Positions 37,690 to 49,632 of a stretch of 64,000 nucleotides of DNA are shown one piece after another. Position numbers and translations under genes: made by a program. The first letter of the stretch is position 1; each line of letters begins with the position of its first letter. The stretch is from Psammoneis japonica. Its lineage: Eukaryota. The notes under the pieces were generated by a model. That model saw only the letters and a list, made by a program, of their open reading frames with translations. It was not told the DNA's origin and made no database searches. Location: contig QPGO01000004.1 in the NCBI GenBank assembly GCA_008632985.1, forward strand, positions 744,001-808,000, in the 5' to 3' direction.

Positions 37690-39074
37690 ACTTCCCAAAA
37701 TCAAATATATAATCAGTTCTTCGAAACTGCGGCGAGACGAGTTACAAGTCAATAATCGTTCCCACTTTCGTAAGAGGATCCCCTATCCCCTATTTGAGCG
37801 AGTAGACTGTGCAAGACGACACAGAGAAGCAGAAAAGGGTGATATTAGAGCTGATCGCAACAACATACCGTTGCATGCAACAAATCGGCAGCCGAAAGAC
37901 AATCGAATATTTTTCGAACAAATAATATGAAAATTGGACAGTTGAATATAAAAATATAAATAGGAAGTGCGACGAGTCCAGCATACCAAAACATTTCATT
38001 TCCACCAACTATCCCGAGCCATGGCAGATTTCTTGCAACCAATAATAATCAGGGAGACGTAGCAATCTCTATTTCGCAATAATTAGGCGCAAACAAAGAG
38101 AAAAAACTCGATTTTTGCACGAACAAAGGTACAGAAATAAATTCCGTGCGCCATTCAACCGTGTCAGCGAAGAACAAGTCGAAGTACGAGCCATCACGTA
38201 GAAATGTACGTGATGATGCTCGATCGATGAGAATCGGATTTTCAACCCCATTGCGGCGAGCATCATGACTTCCACAGCTGTAACGTGATGAATGCCATCG
38301 AGAACGCACCTTGAATCGTCGACGCAATGGTACACTGTCCGGAAATAATGTCGGCGGCGATGAACGCGTGTCGTGCGGAGGCTTCGCCGTAGCGTTAGTA
38401 CTGGCTTCTACAGCGCGTCTCTCTCGGCTCCGAGCCACACACGACACGACAAAAAAAAGAGGTGAATGGAATGCATGGTGCATGCTACTGGAGAGATACG
38501 TATATTTTTACATACGTAATATTCGACCGTAAGTCGCTAGTATGTCAGATTTGAGCGAGATACAGTGCTAAACTGCTGCCGCCGAGGACCGAGGACCAAA
38601 AGAAAGAGGGTGATGCATTCATCTGGAAGAAGTGAGTGTACATGTAAGTGTGCTATGTAAGAACCAACGCAGATGAATCGCAACCAGTGAAGATGAGCAA
38701 TACCCTTCGTCTTGTAACGGACAAGCTGCGGCGAAACTACAAAATGACAAAGATGAACGACAGCAAAGAAGACAAGGATATTACTATTTGAAAATGCAGT
38801 ATCTCACCCTGAACTGTGGTCTTGCGTCTTATAACTTACAGGACGCGGAATCGCTCACGTTTTCCCCTCTTACGCTCAGTGCGGTAGACCCACTTCAGGC
38901 TGTTGCCAGGATGTCTGTGAATCCAGAATTCAACATGGTCTGCGGTCTGCGGTCGATACAGTACATGCATGGATTTTCACAAGATAGCGCGCCCAAATCA
39001 TTGAATTTGGAATTTTCTGGCAACTTGAACATTGACGCATTCGTAAGATGCACATAGGAAGCGAGAGAGATTTT

Positions 39075-39563
39075 TCATTTGGCTTCGTCGTCCATCAAGA
39101 TGCTTTCAATCTCGTGACAAAACAGTCTTAGACCCCTGCATTCCATATATTTTGAAATGCGGTCATGATCTTTCATTCCTGGATTTTTTCTTTCACTTGT
39201 GTCTGCACGATCCGCTTCGGTTGGGGCGTGTCGTTGACCTTCGTCCTCGGCACGATTTCGTTTCGATGATGGACCGGTCATGTCTTTGATTTCAATCGAT
39301 CGGCCGTGCGACTTCTGGCGAACAACAAATTTGGCTTGGTAGCCCTTGCCTACTTCGGTGTTTCGAAATTGCCTCAAGTTCACCGCAGCATCACTTGACG
39401 AAGCACCGCCGTCGCTGGATCGACGAAGCTGCTCTCGCCGGTGTTCGATTTCTAGCTCATCGCCAGCCCAGCCTCTTTTGCGTGATACCGTGGCAATCTT
39501 TGGGAGTGATCCTTCCCCATCCGATGAGTTTCTCTCGTCGGGGTTTCCTTCTTGGGACGCCAT
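39075..39563 (-). CDS. Hypothetical charged protein (162 aa)
   Basis: ATG-initiated intronless ORF with an ordered-looking core VNLRQFRNTEVGKGYQAKFVVRQ; no family recognised. Confidence 0.6.
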   Translation of the reverse strand: MASQEGNPDERNSSDGEGSLPKIATVSRKRGWAGDELEIEHRREQLRRSSDGGASSSDAAVNLRQFRNTEVGKGYQAKFVVRQKSHGRSIEIKDMTGPSSKRNRAEDEGQRHAPTEADRADTSERKNPGMKDHDRISKYMECRGLRLFCHEIESILMDDEAK

Positions 39564-40184
39564 TGCCTTCAGTAGGGATTTGGGATCGTTTCCAATTTTG
39601 ACGAGTGCAAGCGGAAGCGGGCGGCGGGCGCGGGCGGTGCGATTTGTCGGGGTGATCTGTCCGTCTATCAGGTGTGGGTTGTGTTCGAGCTCTACGGTAG
39701 AGAAGTATCTTTCTTTTTAGTCCTCACCACTTCATCCAAGACTTCATCTACATATTTTGCTTTTCGGTCAAACTTGCGCCCATGTAGTGGATTAGAAGTC
39801 CATAACACTCGTTATGGATATGGACTATAGAGAGGTGTGGATCATCGTAGCTCACTAACATTCAAATGGGACATCTCCATAGATGCTCGAAACCCACCTC
39901 TCGACCGGTAGAAAGTTTGTGTTTCTAAAGTCCTTCTTTCTGTTTCAGCAGGGCTTGAACATGAGATAGACTCTGATTCTAAAGAAACTGATGATTGCAT
40001 ATGCACACTACGACAATGAGCAAGTTTCTATTTCGGAGTACACAAGTCCTTGAGTGGTGAGAACGAGAGTTACTTTCATATTGCTGGTTAGCAACCTTCA
40101 ATGTCATTCTATAAAGTACGACAGCACAAACCGATAGCATGGATGTATTTCGCAAGTGATCATCAAAAAGACAACTGGTGAACC

Positions 40185-41699
40185 TTACTTCAATTCGACT
40201 ACGCCAGCTCTCTTCTTGCCAGCGCGTAAGGTGACTTCGGTCTTGTCGTCAAAACCTGAGGCAGTTAAGGACGCGTTCTCGTCAGTAATCTTTTCGCCCT
40301 CAAAGCGAGCTCCACCCCCTTGGATCAAGCGGCGAGCATCTTTCTTACTTGAAGCTAATCCGAGGTTCAAGAAGAGGTCAATGAAGCGGACGCCGTCTCC
40401 ATCGACCTCTTCGGGAGTCACAAAAATTCGTGGTAAGGAGTCCGTTGAGGCGCCAGAGCCACTAAACATATTCTTTACAGTGTCATGGATTTTCGGTAAG
40501 CAGTCTGTTCCATGCAACATGCCGGTTGCCTCGTCTGCGAGGATAATTTTGGCTTTGTTGATATCGGCTCCTTCGAGCTTTTCAAGATCTGCAATTTCCT
40601 CAAGGGGCAACTCCGTGAAAAGCTTTAGAAATCGAATAACATCCGCATCGGCAGTGTTACGCCAAAACTGCCAATAGTCGTACTCTGACAACTTGTCCGC
40701 GTTCAGCCAAATGGCTCCTCCCGCTGTTTTTCCCATTTTTGTCCCATCAGAGGTGGTGATAAGAGGAGCTGTCAATGCAAAGAGTTGTGCGCCATCGCAT
40801 TTTCGCCCGAGTTCTGTTCCACTAACCATGTTACCCCACTGGTCGCTTCCACCCAGCTGCAAAGTGGCACCATACCGACGGTACAATTCCAAAAAGTCGT
40901 ACGCCTGTAGGATCATGTAGTTGAACTCCAAGAAGGAGAAGGGCGCCTCCCGGTTGAGTCGCTGCTTGACAGACTCAAAGTTCATCATGCGATTGATCGT
41001 AAACTGTGTCCCATACTCGCGGAGGAAATCTAGGTAATTAAGAGAAGAGAGCCAGTCGTCGTTGTTAACCATCAATGCATCGTTTGGCTCTCCTGTTGCA
41101 CCTTCTGTGCCCTCAAGTGTCAGGAACTTTTGAAATACTTTCGAAATCCCTTTGGTATTTTTCTCAATAATCGTATCATCAAGAAGCACACGACTCTCGT
41201 CCTTGCCAGTTGGATCTCCCACCTTGCTGGTTCCACCTCCAATCAAGACAATTGGTCTGTGTCCAGACTTTTGGAAATGCCGAAGAATCATAATTTGAAG
41301 GAGGGACCCGACATGAAGTGAATCAGCGGTTGCATCAAACCCCAAGTAAGCCGAAACGCATGATTCTTCCGTTAATTTTTTATCAAGATCGACAAGACCT
41401 GAACATTGGTGCAAGAACCCCCGATCTCGGAGAGTCTGAAGAAAAGGTGACTTAACTTTTGCCAGAGCATCGGCTTCCTGGGTGTAAATGGATGAGTCCT
41501 CGTCTACCGCTTTCACTGCAGCCTCCTCAGTGGCGGTGGACACCATGGATAGGGAACGAAGCGCGCCTCTTGGGGAAAAAGCTGTTCTAGCGGTCAAGGC
41601 GCTCCTCGTAGACGAGAACGCCAGTGTCAAAACCTGTTTGGAGGACGCAGCCATCATCATCAAGGTTGCGATCGACATTGCCGACATGACGTTTTTCAT
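40185..41699 (-). CDS. tyrS: Organellar (bacterial-type) tyrosyl-tRNA synthetase
   Basis: YLGFDATADSLHVGS, GDPTGK, ILQAYDF, QLGGSDQWGN, KMGKT, C-terminal S4 domain. Presequence with LTLA-F. Confidence 0.96.
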   Translation of the reverse strand: MKNVMSAMSIATLMMMAASSKQVLTLAFSSTRSALTARTAFSPRGALRSLSMVSTATEEAAVKAVDEDSSIYTQEADALAKVKSPFLQTLRDRGFLHQCSGLVDLDKKLTEESCVSAYLGFDATADSLHVGSLLQIMILRHFQKSGHRPIVLIGGGTSKVGDPTGKDESRVLLDDTIIEKNTKGISKVFQKFLTLEGTEGATGEPNDALMVNNDDWLSSLNYLDFLREYGTQFTINRMMNFESVKQRLNREAPFSFLEFNYMILQAYDFLELYRRYGATLQLGGSDQWGNMVSGTELGRKCDGAQLFALTAPLITTSDGTKMGKTAGGAIWLNADKLSEYDYWQFWRNTADADVIRFLKLFTELPLEEIADLEKLEGADINKAKIILADEATGMLHGTDCLPKIHDTVKNMFSGSGASTDSLPRIFVTPEEVDGDGVRFIDLFLNLGLASSKKDARRLIQGGGARFEGEKITDENASLTASGFDDKTEVTLRAGKKRAGVVELK

Positions 41700-42203
41700 T
41701 GTAATACTGTAGGTTTCTTTCGTCAAGCTTGAGTCCGATAACAGAGGAAACAGCTAGCAGAACGGGATGGCGGTACTATATAGACCTAGCTGTTGATGCA
41801 ACAACCTTTGAAACCGCGGCCACACATCGACCCAAGAAAAAAAGTGATGGCATGGACGGATAGTCAGCCGATTGGAAACGTCAGAGTTCCCTCCGAGCGC
41901 GCGCAAAAACTGTCACCTGTCACGCTAAAAAAGTTTCCCGCGCAAAAACCCGAACTCCGTGCTATATATTTAATTAACGCATGTGATGCTGTACTTATGG
42001 CGCGTTGAATTATGCATATTCGGCGTGAACATAATTAATCTTGATACGACTGAAGCTTCTCAGATGTTGACGTCGCACGTCGCTTCTCGAACCAACACGT
42101 TCCCCACAACAGTGTCTGAGTTGTTGCAGTGTTTGTTGTCTTTGATGAGAGTTTATTGAAGCTCGCCAAATCCCCATCAGCACAAACACATTGGATTCCC
42201 ACC

Positions 42204-43944
42204 ATGTTTGGTACGATCAAGCGTGTTATATCGAATCCAGACGAGCTCGACCAGAAGGAAGGAAAGATATCAAAGACAGAAGCGATGGCCGCGACGATGA
42301 ACGAATCTGTGTTGGTCGACAGTGAAGTACCGAACACACAAGAAGAATTGAATGCAAGGTCTCCACCAACAATTGTCGAATTAGATGATCGATTGGAGAA
42401 CGACTCAGATGGAGCTGTCGAGGTTGATGACTCTGCGGCATCTACGGCGAGCTCTGTTTCTGATCATACCGGCGGAGGGGGCAAGCTGAGCGATTCGGAT
42501 GGTGATGTTGCTGGAGACACACTTCCCACTGATCTCATCCGCCGCGAGAAGCCGCTAATTCGACCCAATTCGCAGGTTTCGGCTGGCGGTTCCTCCATCT
42601 CCTCTGCTAGGACGGGAGGAGCGGCGTCTTCCAGAGACGCGTCTGGAAATTGGGGCTGGTTCGAAGATGTTCATACTGCCGATGCTGCCTCTGCCGGTGC
42701 AGCAAAGGACGGAGAAGACAGCAAAAAGTCTACTACAAAAACAAAGAAGGAAGGGCTACTTCATCTTATGGAGCCACTTAACGATGGTGCGTTTTCAGTG
42801 ATTTGTTGGTGTTGAGAAAGAGCTGGTCGGTCCTTGCTCTTTGTTTCTAACCTGTTAATTTGATTCGTGCGAGTACAGCTGCTGCAGTGGGCGCTCCAAA
42901 TTATGTGTTGGAGGAGAGTCGCTCTAGTCAGAAACTATGGAAGAACACAGCAGGGAATCGTCCGCCACAGCCAATGGAGGAACGGGCGTTTTATGAAAAG
43001 ATGTGGGCACAGAATTTTGAGCGATCTCAGGTCAAGTATGAGATGCCACTCGAGGTGTTGATTGCGTCGTCCCCGATTTCACTCTCGGCCTTTGCAGATG
43101 GGACCTTTGATGAGACTGCGGATAATCGTCGATCAGAATTATCCAACTACAACTTGCCCGCTGGCCAGGATGGCGGCTCAACAGGCGCAGGTGCGCATTT
43201 GGCAGCAGCAACCCTAATTCACCGAATGCACGATCCGTCGCGAACTGTCAACACGACGAAAGAAACAGGAGGCAAAATCAAGACCGCAGATGGGGAGTTG
43301 ACAGTTCTCATCAGGGGGGACAATGTATTTGGCACAACCGTCAGCAAGAGTTTTGCGCGATCAGACGAAACGGGAGCAATCAATGGAGTAGATACTGTGA
43401 ACATTTCTATTGCAAGTTACCGGGTTGTAGAGGTAGGTTTTCGTCTTCCTGAACCTTGCACTGTTCAGACAAGAGATGTAAGGGATCGTAAATGGAAATT
43501 CGTTCGTTTTCTCATTCTTTTTCTCCCTGCTGATCTAACCAGTCTAAGAAGGATGGAAAGTATGCACAGTTTCTCGTAATTTACCGTGAAGGGAGCATTC
43601 GTGACACTTTGGGAGTGTGGAAACGTTTCTCTGATTTTCTGGATCTGAGTCGCTTAGTAACAGCTTCTCACGAGGGATGTTCTTCCGTCCTGGCCAACAT
43701 GTCTCCCCTTGCTGTCACTGAAGAGCACGAGGTGGAGCACCTGCCGAACGCCATTACCAGCTGGAAACTTCTTAAGAAACGCCAGCGTTGGTATCGATGC
43801 TTGGACGCTGGGTACTTGTCACTCAAAGTTTTCTTGCTCGAGCGATTCTTGCATGACATTCTCTTCGAGAGTTCGAGCCCGAAGCTTTTGCGTGACTTTG
43901 CACTTGGAACATCATCCGAGGCGACGGAAAGCGCCGAACAATAG
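42204..43944 (+). CDS. Protein with C-terminal PX-like domain; 3 exons
   Basis: Introns 42787-42878 and 43433-43542 give ISIASYRVVE|SKKDGKYAQFLVIY..VWKRFSDF...LERFLHDIL. Confidence 0.72.
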
Positions 43945-44225
43945 GGATCAGTTACTTGTCAATCGCAGAAAAACCGTTTTGATTTTTAGAGTGCATGTTG
44001 TGTAGTTAGCCGTTCGCGTTTCATTTTGTTTGAAGTCTAGTTTTGTGTGTCATCTTTCTCCAAACATAGTGCGGCCTCCGAAAGCGTGTCCGCTTCCTTG
44101 GGGCCTGCGTTCCCGTGGTGAGTGGATCTCTTTTCAGCGCTTACGTACTCGTTTGGTGACTGTCGAGACGGCAAGAAGGAGAACGAGATAGTTACGCTGC
44201 AATGTTAACAAAGTAGATCTCCAAA

Positions 44226-46510
44226 CTATCCATAGCTACTTGGAAAGATTTCATTTCTCATCATATAATCGACAACCTGGTTCTGAACGTTTTCTAGAGC
44301 AATGCGACCGATTGAAGCGGGTTCCAAACTGTGCTCCCGATATTGCATGAAGGTAGCATTCCTTCTCGAGCCGGAAGGCATTTCATTTAAAGACTGAAGC
44401 TCTTTGAAGTCGAAGTCGCCAACGCCGACAACTACGACACTCAAAGGCATTTCACTATAGGCAATAAGTTTTCCTGTTGTGGAAAAAGGCAGTGTGAAAC
44501 AGCTGAGCACAAATTTCTGAGGTGGGACCAAAGTCGCACTAAAGATTTACTTACGTTTAACCTCGTCGATTCGTTGCAAAGCTCCAGTGGCGACGATTAA
44601 CAAGATGCAGTAGCGATTCCTCGTTTCGTCATTTTTCTGCAGAAAGCCATTAGAGAAGCAGTGAGTCTGTAACTCGATAATCAGAGGGTAACGCCATAGG
44701 GTCGAGCGCCGCAAATAAATCATACCTTCAACTCCCGGGCCTTCATCGCTGCAGCTTGTATAACTTTAGCCGCGTTCGATGGACTGCTCATTATCAGATC
44801 GCTGTGAAAAACACTTCGGTAAGCGTTTAACATCCCGTCAACACCAGTGACAACTGAAGACGCTCCACATTGAAATATATGCCTAACTGTGCCACCAAAT
44901 TTTGCACCGAAACCCCAGACCGTAAAATCTCTTGACGAGCTAACAGCTTCGATGGCGTTTCCAACAGCTTGAATAGTGGCCTCGTACTCGTTACTACTAC
45001 TTAAGCCCTCGGATCGGTGATGAAGCGTCCCCGGCACACGTGGATCTCCTTTGATGTGTCCAAAGTATGAATGTAAGTGTCTTGTTTGACAGCCATCAAT
45101 CCCACCCACGAGACAATTCTTTAAACTAACTCACCGTTCGCGCTCGTAAAATCTATCGCTGTGAAAAGGTCCAGCACGCAGTTGTCGTTTGCATAGTCAG
45201 AAAACGTTGGAAGCGACGCTGCTGATTTCTCACTATGCCAAGACCTCGCACTTTCTGGAGGAGAGGAAATGGGAGAGGGAGGAGGGGGCGGTATTGAAAA
45301 GTCTAATGAAATGTCGTTTTCTCCGACAGTCACAAAATCGGGCGTGCAGTTTGCATCTGACGTAGAGAGAATTTGGGCGAGTTTCACGCCAAGCTGTCCA
45401 GATTCCTTTTCATCGCAAACGTCTCTAATGGTTCGTGATGGAGGCTTTCTAAGAAACAACGTCTTGTCTTCTGGAAAGGATTCACTGCTAATGTTTTCCT
45501 GTGTGCAGGCATACATCATGCTGCTGACAGTAGTTTCACACATGCCAAGTAGAGTTTCGTGTGCCCCTTGCTTGTGAAGCCACACCGACAACCGCAACGG
45601 ATTGTACTTCAAATTATTTTAAGACAATCGAGAGTAAGCATTAAAAGAAGTCAACATGCAATATACCAGTGGTTCGATTCACTTACCAGATCCCCGTTGC
45701 AGCACGTCTCTAAATCAAGCTCTCCGACATCCCAAACCGGGCGTTCGTTATTCAGAACGGGCTTCGAACGATACACCGTGATCCTAAACGAGAAAAAATG
45801 CGGTGAGACGAACGACTCGCTGACGAATTGTTGCCATACTTATTCCTGCGCACATACCAAGTGTGACCACCAGGACTGGCCTGCCGCTTGGAAATTTCAA
45901 TCAATGTGTCGGGAGCGCTGTGGAAAATGTCTTTCAAATGCTTCGTTCTAACTTCCAAGAGTCTTGCATAGACTTGAAACCTAAACAACTTTTCAATATT
46001 ACAAGGATCTGAGACTGGATGTAGATGCGCATATACACAACCTCCCTCTCTGAAAGTTCTCGCTTTTGTTCGCTTTGATTTGAGAACGTCGCTAACTTCA
46101 AACTCAACCCTCCCGTAGCAAGCCTTTTCTCTTTCATCCGAGTGATGTCGCATCACGTACACATTAAAATATTTAGTTGTTCCAGGTTCATAATCCAGCG
46201 TAAAAACGGTTGTCCAGTGAGGATGGCACGACTTGCGAATTCTGTCAACAAAACAGCTTTGTGAGTCAACACGAGAAAGCAAGCACGAAGCCCCTCCGAT
46301 TAGAATTCTCACTCACATTTCAGTGCTTTCAACCGGACCTTTTATTGACGAAGACTCCTGAGGCTCGTTTGCGAATGATATCAGGGCAGACGTGTCCGGT
46401 GGACTCTTCAAAATACCGACTCTTGGAAGCTTTGACGCATACAAATGAAGTTGAAGGCGGATGCGACTCCCGCTTTCCTCTTCTCTTTCCATTTTTTCCG
46501 ACCGCCGCAT
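44226..46510 (-). CDS. Copine-like protein (two C2 domains plus vWA); multi-exon
   Basis: HPHWTTVF.LDY, PDTLIEISK, AIDFTSANG|DPR.PGTLH, WGFGAKF, PLSVVVVGVGDFDF, QVVDYM. Start could be a few codons downstream. Confidence 0.88.
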
Positions 46511-46899
46511 GTAGCAGAAAAAAAGCAAATCGCTCAGCGAAGACAAAGATTAGCGCTCTCACAACTAACTCCAAACAACTACTGACTTTCGACTCTCTGT
46601 ACTCTGTGCTAGCGCTAACATGTATTCGACACAACGAAGGTTTCCAGCTTGAGGAGGAGAGTCCATTCTTGATCGAGTCGTCGTCGTCTCGAGCAGTCTC
46701 CAAGTCTTCTGGAAGCATTCGAGAAGGTCGGAGGGAGTTCGCAGGTTGCGAACTGCTGACTCATCAACTAATCGCACCGCTTTTTCCCGCGCTTTTTCGC
46801 GTCACGGAGAGAGAAGCGCTGACACCATGACGACTACTCAACGTCGCGGCAGGAGATCCCACTGCTGCTTTGGAACCAAACTCACTATACGTTGATGAG

Positions 46900-47793
46900 A
46901 TGGTGAAGGAATATACCTTGTCTATCGTGACTGTAATATTTGCTACGTTTCAACTAGCCGCGTCATTGTCTGTTCAACCGACACGAAGAGATGCGGTCTC
47001 TGTTGCACTTGGAACAGCGATCGCCGGGTCGCTTCCTATCGAGGTTACTGCAGAAGAGCAAAATGGACTCGCCGCCAAGCTTGCAAAGCGAGATCCATCG
47101 TTGCTACGAAATTCAGTTTTCAACATTCCGCCGGCAGCGCAAGTCTACCCAGACTTTCTAAGAGGAACATGGGATGTCACAAGTCGATTCAACGGATACA
47201 TCTTTCCTTCGGACAAGATATCCAAAACCGATCTTACCAATGATTTTGAAGTTCCGGGGTTTCAAAAGTGCTCTATTGTTGCAATCAGTGATGTTGGAAA
47301 ACAAGAAGCCAAATACAAAATGAAAATAGATAAAGAGACAGGGTTGGAAGATCGGGCTTTCAATCTGGAGCAAGAGATCAATGCCTATCTGGGTTATAAC
47401 GCTGTGGCTGAAGTCTTGTACGACCCACGTAGCAATGCCAATCGATTATCGATTGTGTTTGTCGAGTACAAGACGCGGAACGCTGAACGTATTGAACTAT
47501 TCTGCAATGCACGCGAATCGGAAGCGTACGTGAAGGATGGAACGGATATCTTTGTCTCCAGCGAATACATTCGGCAGGTGACCTTTGGTACAGGCTCTAG
47601 CGTTGGCGTGGCACGACAGGTTATTGGAAACTATGCACATTTCTGGACTTGGAAAAAGCAAGATGAAGACCATCTCACTGGAAATGTATTGACTGCTGCT
47701 TATTTGGATCCTCAGGATGCTCTCTTCTTCAAGTAGCCATCAAAGCCAGTTGCAATTTACAGCCATGTACTTTCTGCTACTCGAGCAGCGTGA
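46900..47793 (+). CDS. Probable thylakoid-lumen protein resembling the cyanobacterial/plant DUF6816 type; in-frame TAG at 47734-47736
   Basis: Signal peptide plus twin-Arg (TRRDAV..VTA-EE); YPDFLRGTW, DRAFN, SEYIRQ, AYLDPQD.LFFK*PSKPVAIY. Family assignment is from memory. Confidence 0.65.
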
Positions 47794-48144
47794 CGACACA
47801 ACTTGGGCAGCTATCGCAGTATCTCAGTATGAAGTTCATCGAAAGAATCTAGAGGCCTACGTTCGAAAGGAAGTGACAAACATCTAGAGACTATTGGTAT
47901 GGATTTTCGTATATCTCTAGCTACTAGAGAGAGGCTGCACTGCTTTTGTCTCGGTCTCAACATCCATTCTGTAATTCAGCATACAAGACTTGTCGGTATA
48001 CCATACTGGAGTTCGTTTGCGTACGGAGCTGAACAGAACCGTTAGTGGGACTGATTTTTGGATAGTTTGAATTTCGGGTTTTGGGAGAAGCGGAAGCATC
48101 TCGTTTTGGGTCTCAGATTTTGAGGCAATACAAAAGCAACGGCC

Positions 48145-49233
48145 ATGAGCGAAGTGGCAGCGGAGCCCCAGCCGGACGCGGCGACGAGGCAACGAATTGA
48201 CGACACCGATACGAAGCTAAATCATCTAAGGGAGTTGATTGAAGAGAGTGCGCTCGCTGAACGCGGGAACGAGCTCCCGTGCATGCATGGCAGAAGCAAT
48301 ATGTACGTTCGTCAGCTCACAGAAGAATATCTCAAGTTTCTTATTCTCAAAGCGACCGCCAAGGACACGACCGCAACTCATCTCTCTCCGTCGGGAGAAG
48401 TTGACCAGATTTGGCATTTGCACTTGCTGGACACCCGCAACTACGCTGCGTGCTGCAAATATTTGGGCATAGGTTTCATTCACCACAATCCTCACGGTGT
48501 TCATGATGGGCAGGAAAAGGCTTTACGCCTCAGCAATACAAATAGGCTTTATCAACGAGTGTTTGGTTATCCGCCCCATTCTCACTTCTGGGGATCTCCC
48601 GACGAATACCGAATCAACGATTATTACCAAGATCAGTATGTTGTGCTCGAAGAAGGAAGCCGTCTCTTGTTTGAATGTGGTCATCTAGACTGCAAATGTC
48701 AGCCTTCTCTTCTGTGTCATTCTTTCAGCTACGACATTTCGGATGAAGAGTTTAATAGCCTTTATTCCACGGAAATGGACAAGGGCGACCGAGAGAAAGC
48801 CCAGGCTGCCTCGGAGACGCTCGCCTTTAACATCGCGCAAGAAGTTTTCGAAGAAGAAAACCCCGTGTCCGACTTCTTCAAGGAACACACTACAAACCAG
48901 CGCCGCCCGTTTTTCCTGCGTGAAAACCTTCCCAAGTGTTTGGAATCTACCTGCTACATGGTTGAAGAATGTCCCAACCATCAAGTGACCAATGATGATG
49001 GAATCAACGTCATTATCAAGACTATGACGGGTAAGGAAATTAAGTTACAGGTGTTGCCCACCTTCAGTGTATTGCACGTCAAATTCCTTATTTTGGAAAA
49101 GGACGGCAGCCCTATTGCAGCACAGAGACTCATTTTTGAAAGCACGATGCTAACTGAGGAGGACACGTTGGCCGATCACAATGTTGGAGAGAACGATGTA
49201 CTGCAGCTGCTCCTTTCATTAAGTGGTTGCTAG
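48145..49233 (+). CDS. Glycine-rich-domain (GRDP)-like N-terminal domain fused to a C-terminal ubiquitin-like domain
   Basis: EYLKFL.LK..LSPS.EVDQIWHLHLLDT.NY...FIHHNP; IKTMTGKEI.L.V......VK..I..KDG.P...QRLIF....L....TLAD.NV.....L.LLL.LSGC. Confidence 0.8.
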   Translation: MSEVAAEPQPDAATRQRIDDTDTKLNHLRELIEESALAERGNELPCMHGRSNMYVRQLTEEYLKFLILKATAKDTTATHLSPSGEVDQIWHLHLLDTRNYAACCKYLGIGFIHHNPHGVHDGQEKALRLSNTNRLYQRVFGYPPHSHFWGSPDEYRINDYYQDQYVVLEEGSRLLFECGHLDCKCQPSLLCHSFSYDISDEEFNSLYSTEMDKGDREKAQAASETLAFNIAQEVFEEENPVSDFFKEHTTNQRRPFFLRENLPKCLESTCYMVEECPNHQVTNDDGINVIIKTMTGKEIKLQVLPTFSVLHVKFLILEKDGSPIAAQRLIFESTMLTEEDTLADHNVGENDVLQLLLSLSGC

Positions 49234-49632
49234 CTCCCTGAATGAAGTCGCATGCAATGAGAGATTCTTGGATGACGGAAACGGCTCCTGAAATCCCAGG
49301 GCTTCAGCGGGGAAGTTATTCAGAAATTATTTTAGAGACCCTAGTACTACTCCTACTTCTTTTTACCGGTATGCTTTGCTCACACAGCAGGCTTCTCAAG
49401 CTTTAACGCTCTCTAGAGAAAGTAGCCATGAGCTCATCGCATGGAGTTACCTGATTCTTTTATGGTGGGGACAAATTGAAGCAGTCAAAGCTACAGCGGA
49501 CACAAGAGCATGCAAATACTTTCACTATTTTCTGATGATTCCAAGAAGGACTATCCCATTCTATCTACTAGAGGAGTCTTCCAAAGCTTCCCGAGTTGGA
49601 ATGGACCAGCGAAGTCGGAATCAACAGAAACT

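Noticed and set aside
45665..45690. tRNA T-loop-like GGTTCGATTC
   Set aside because: There is no cloverleaf or A-box; it lies at a copine intron boundary.
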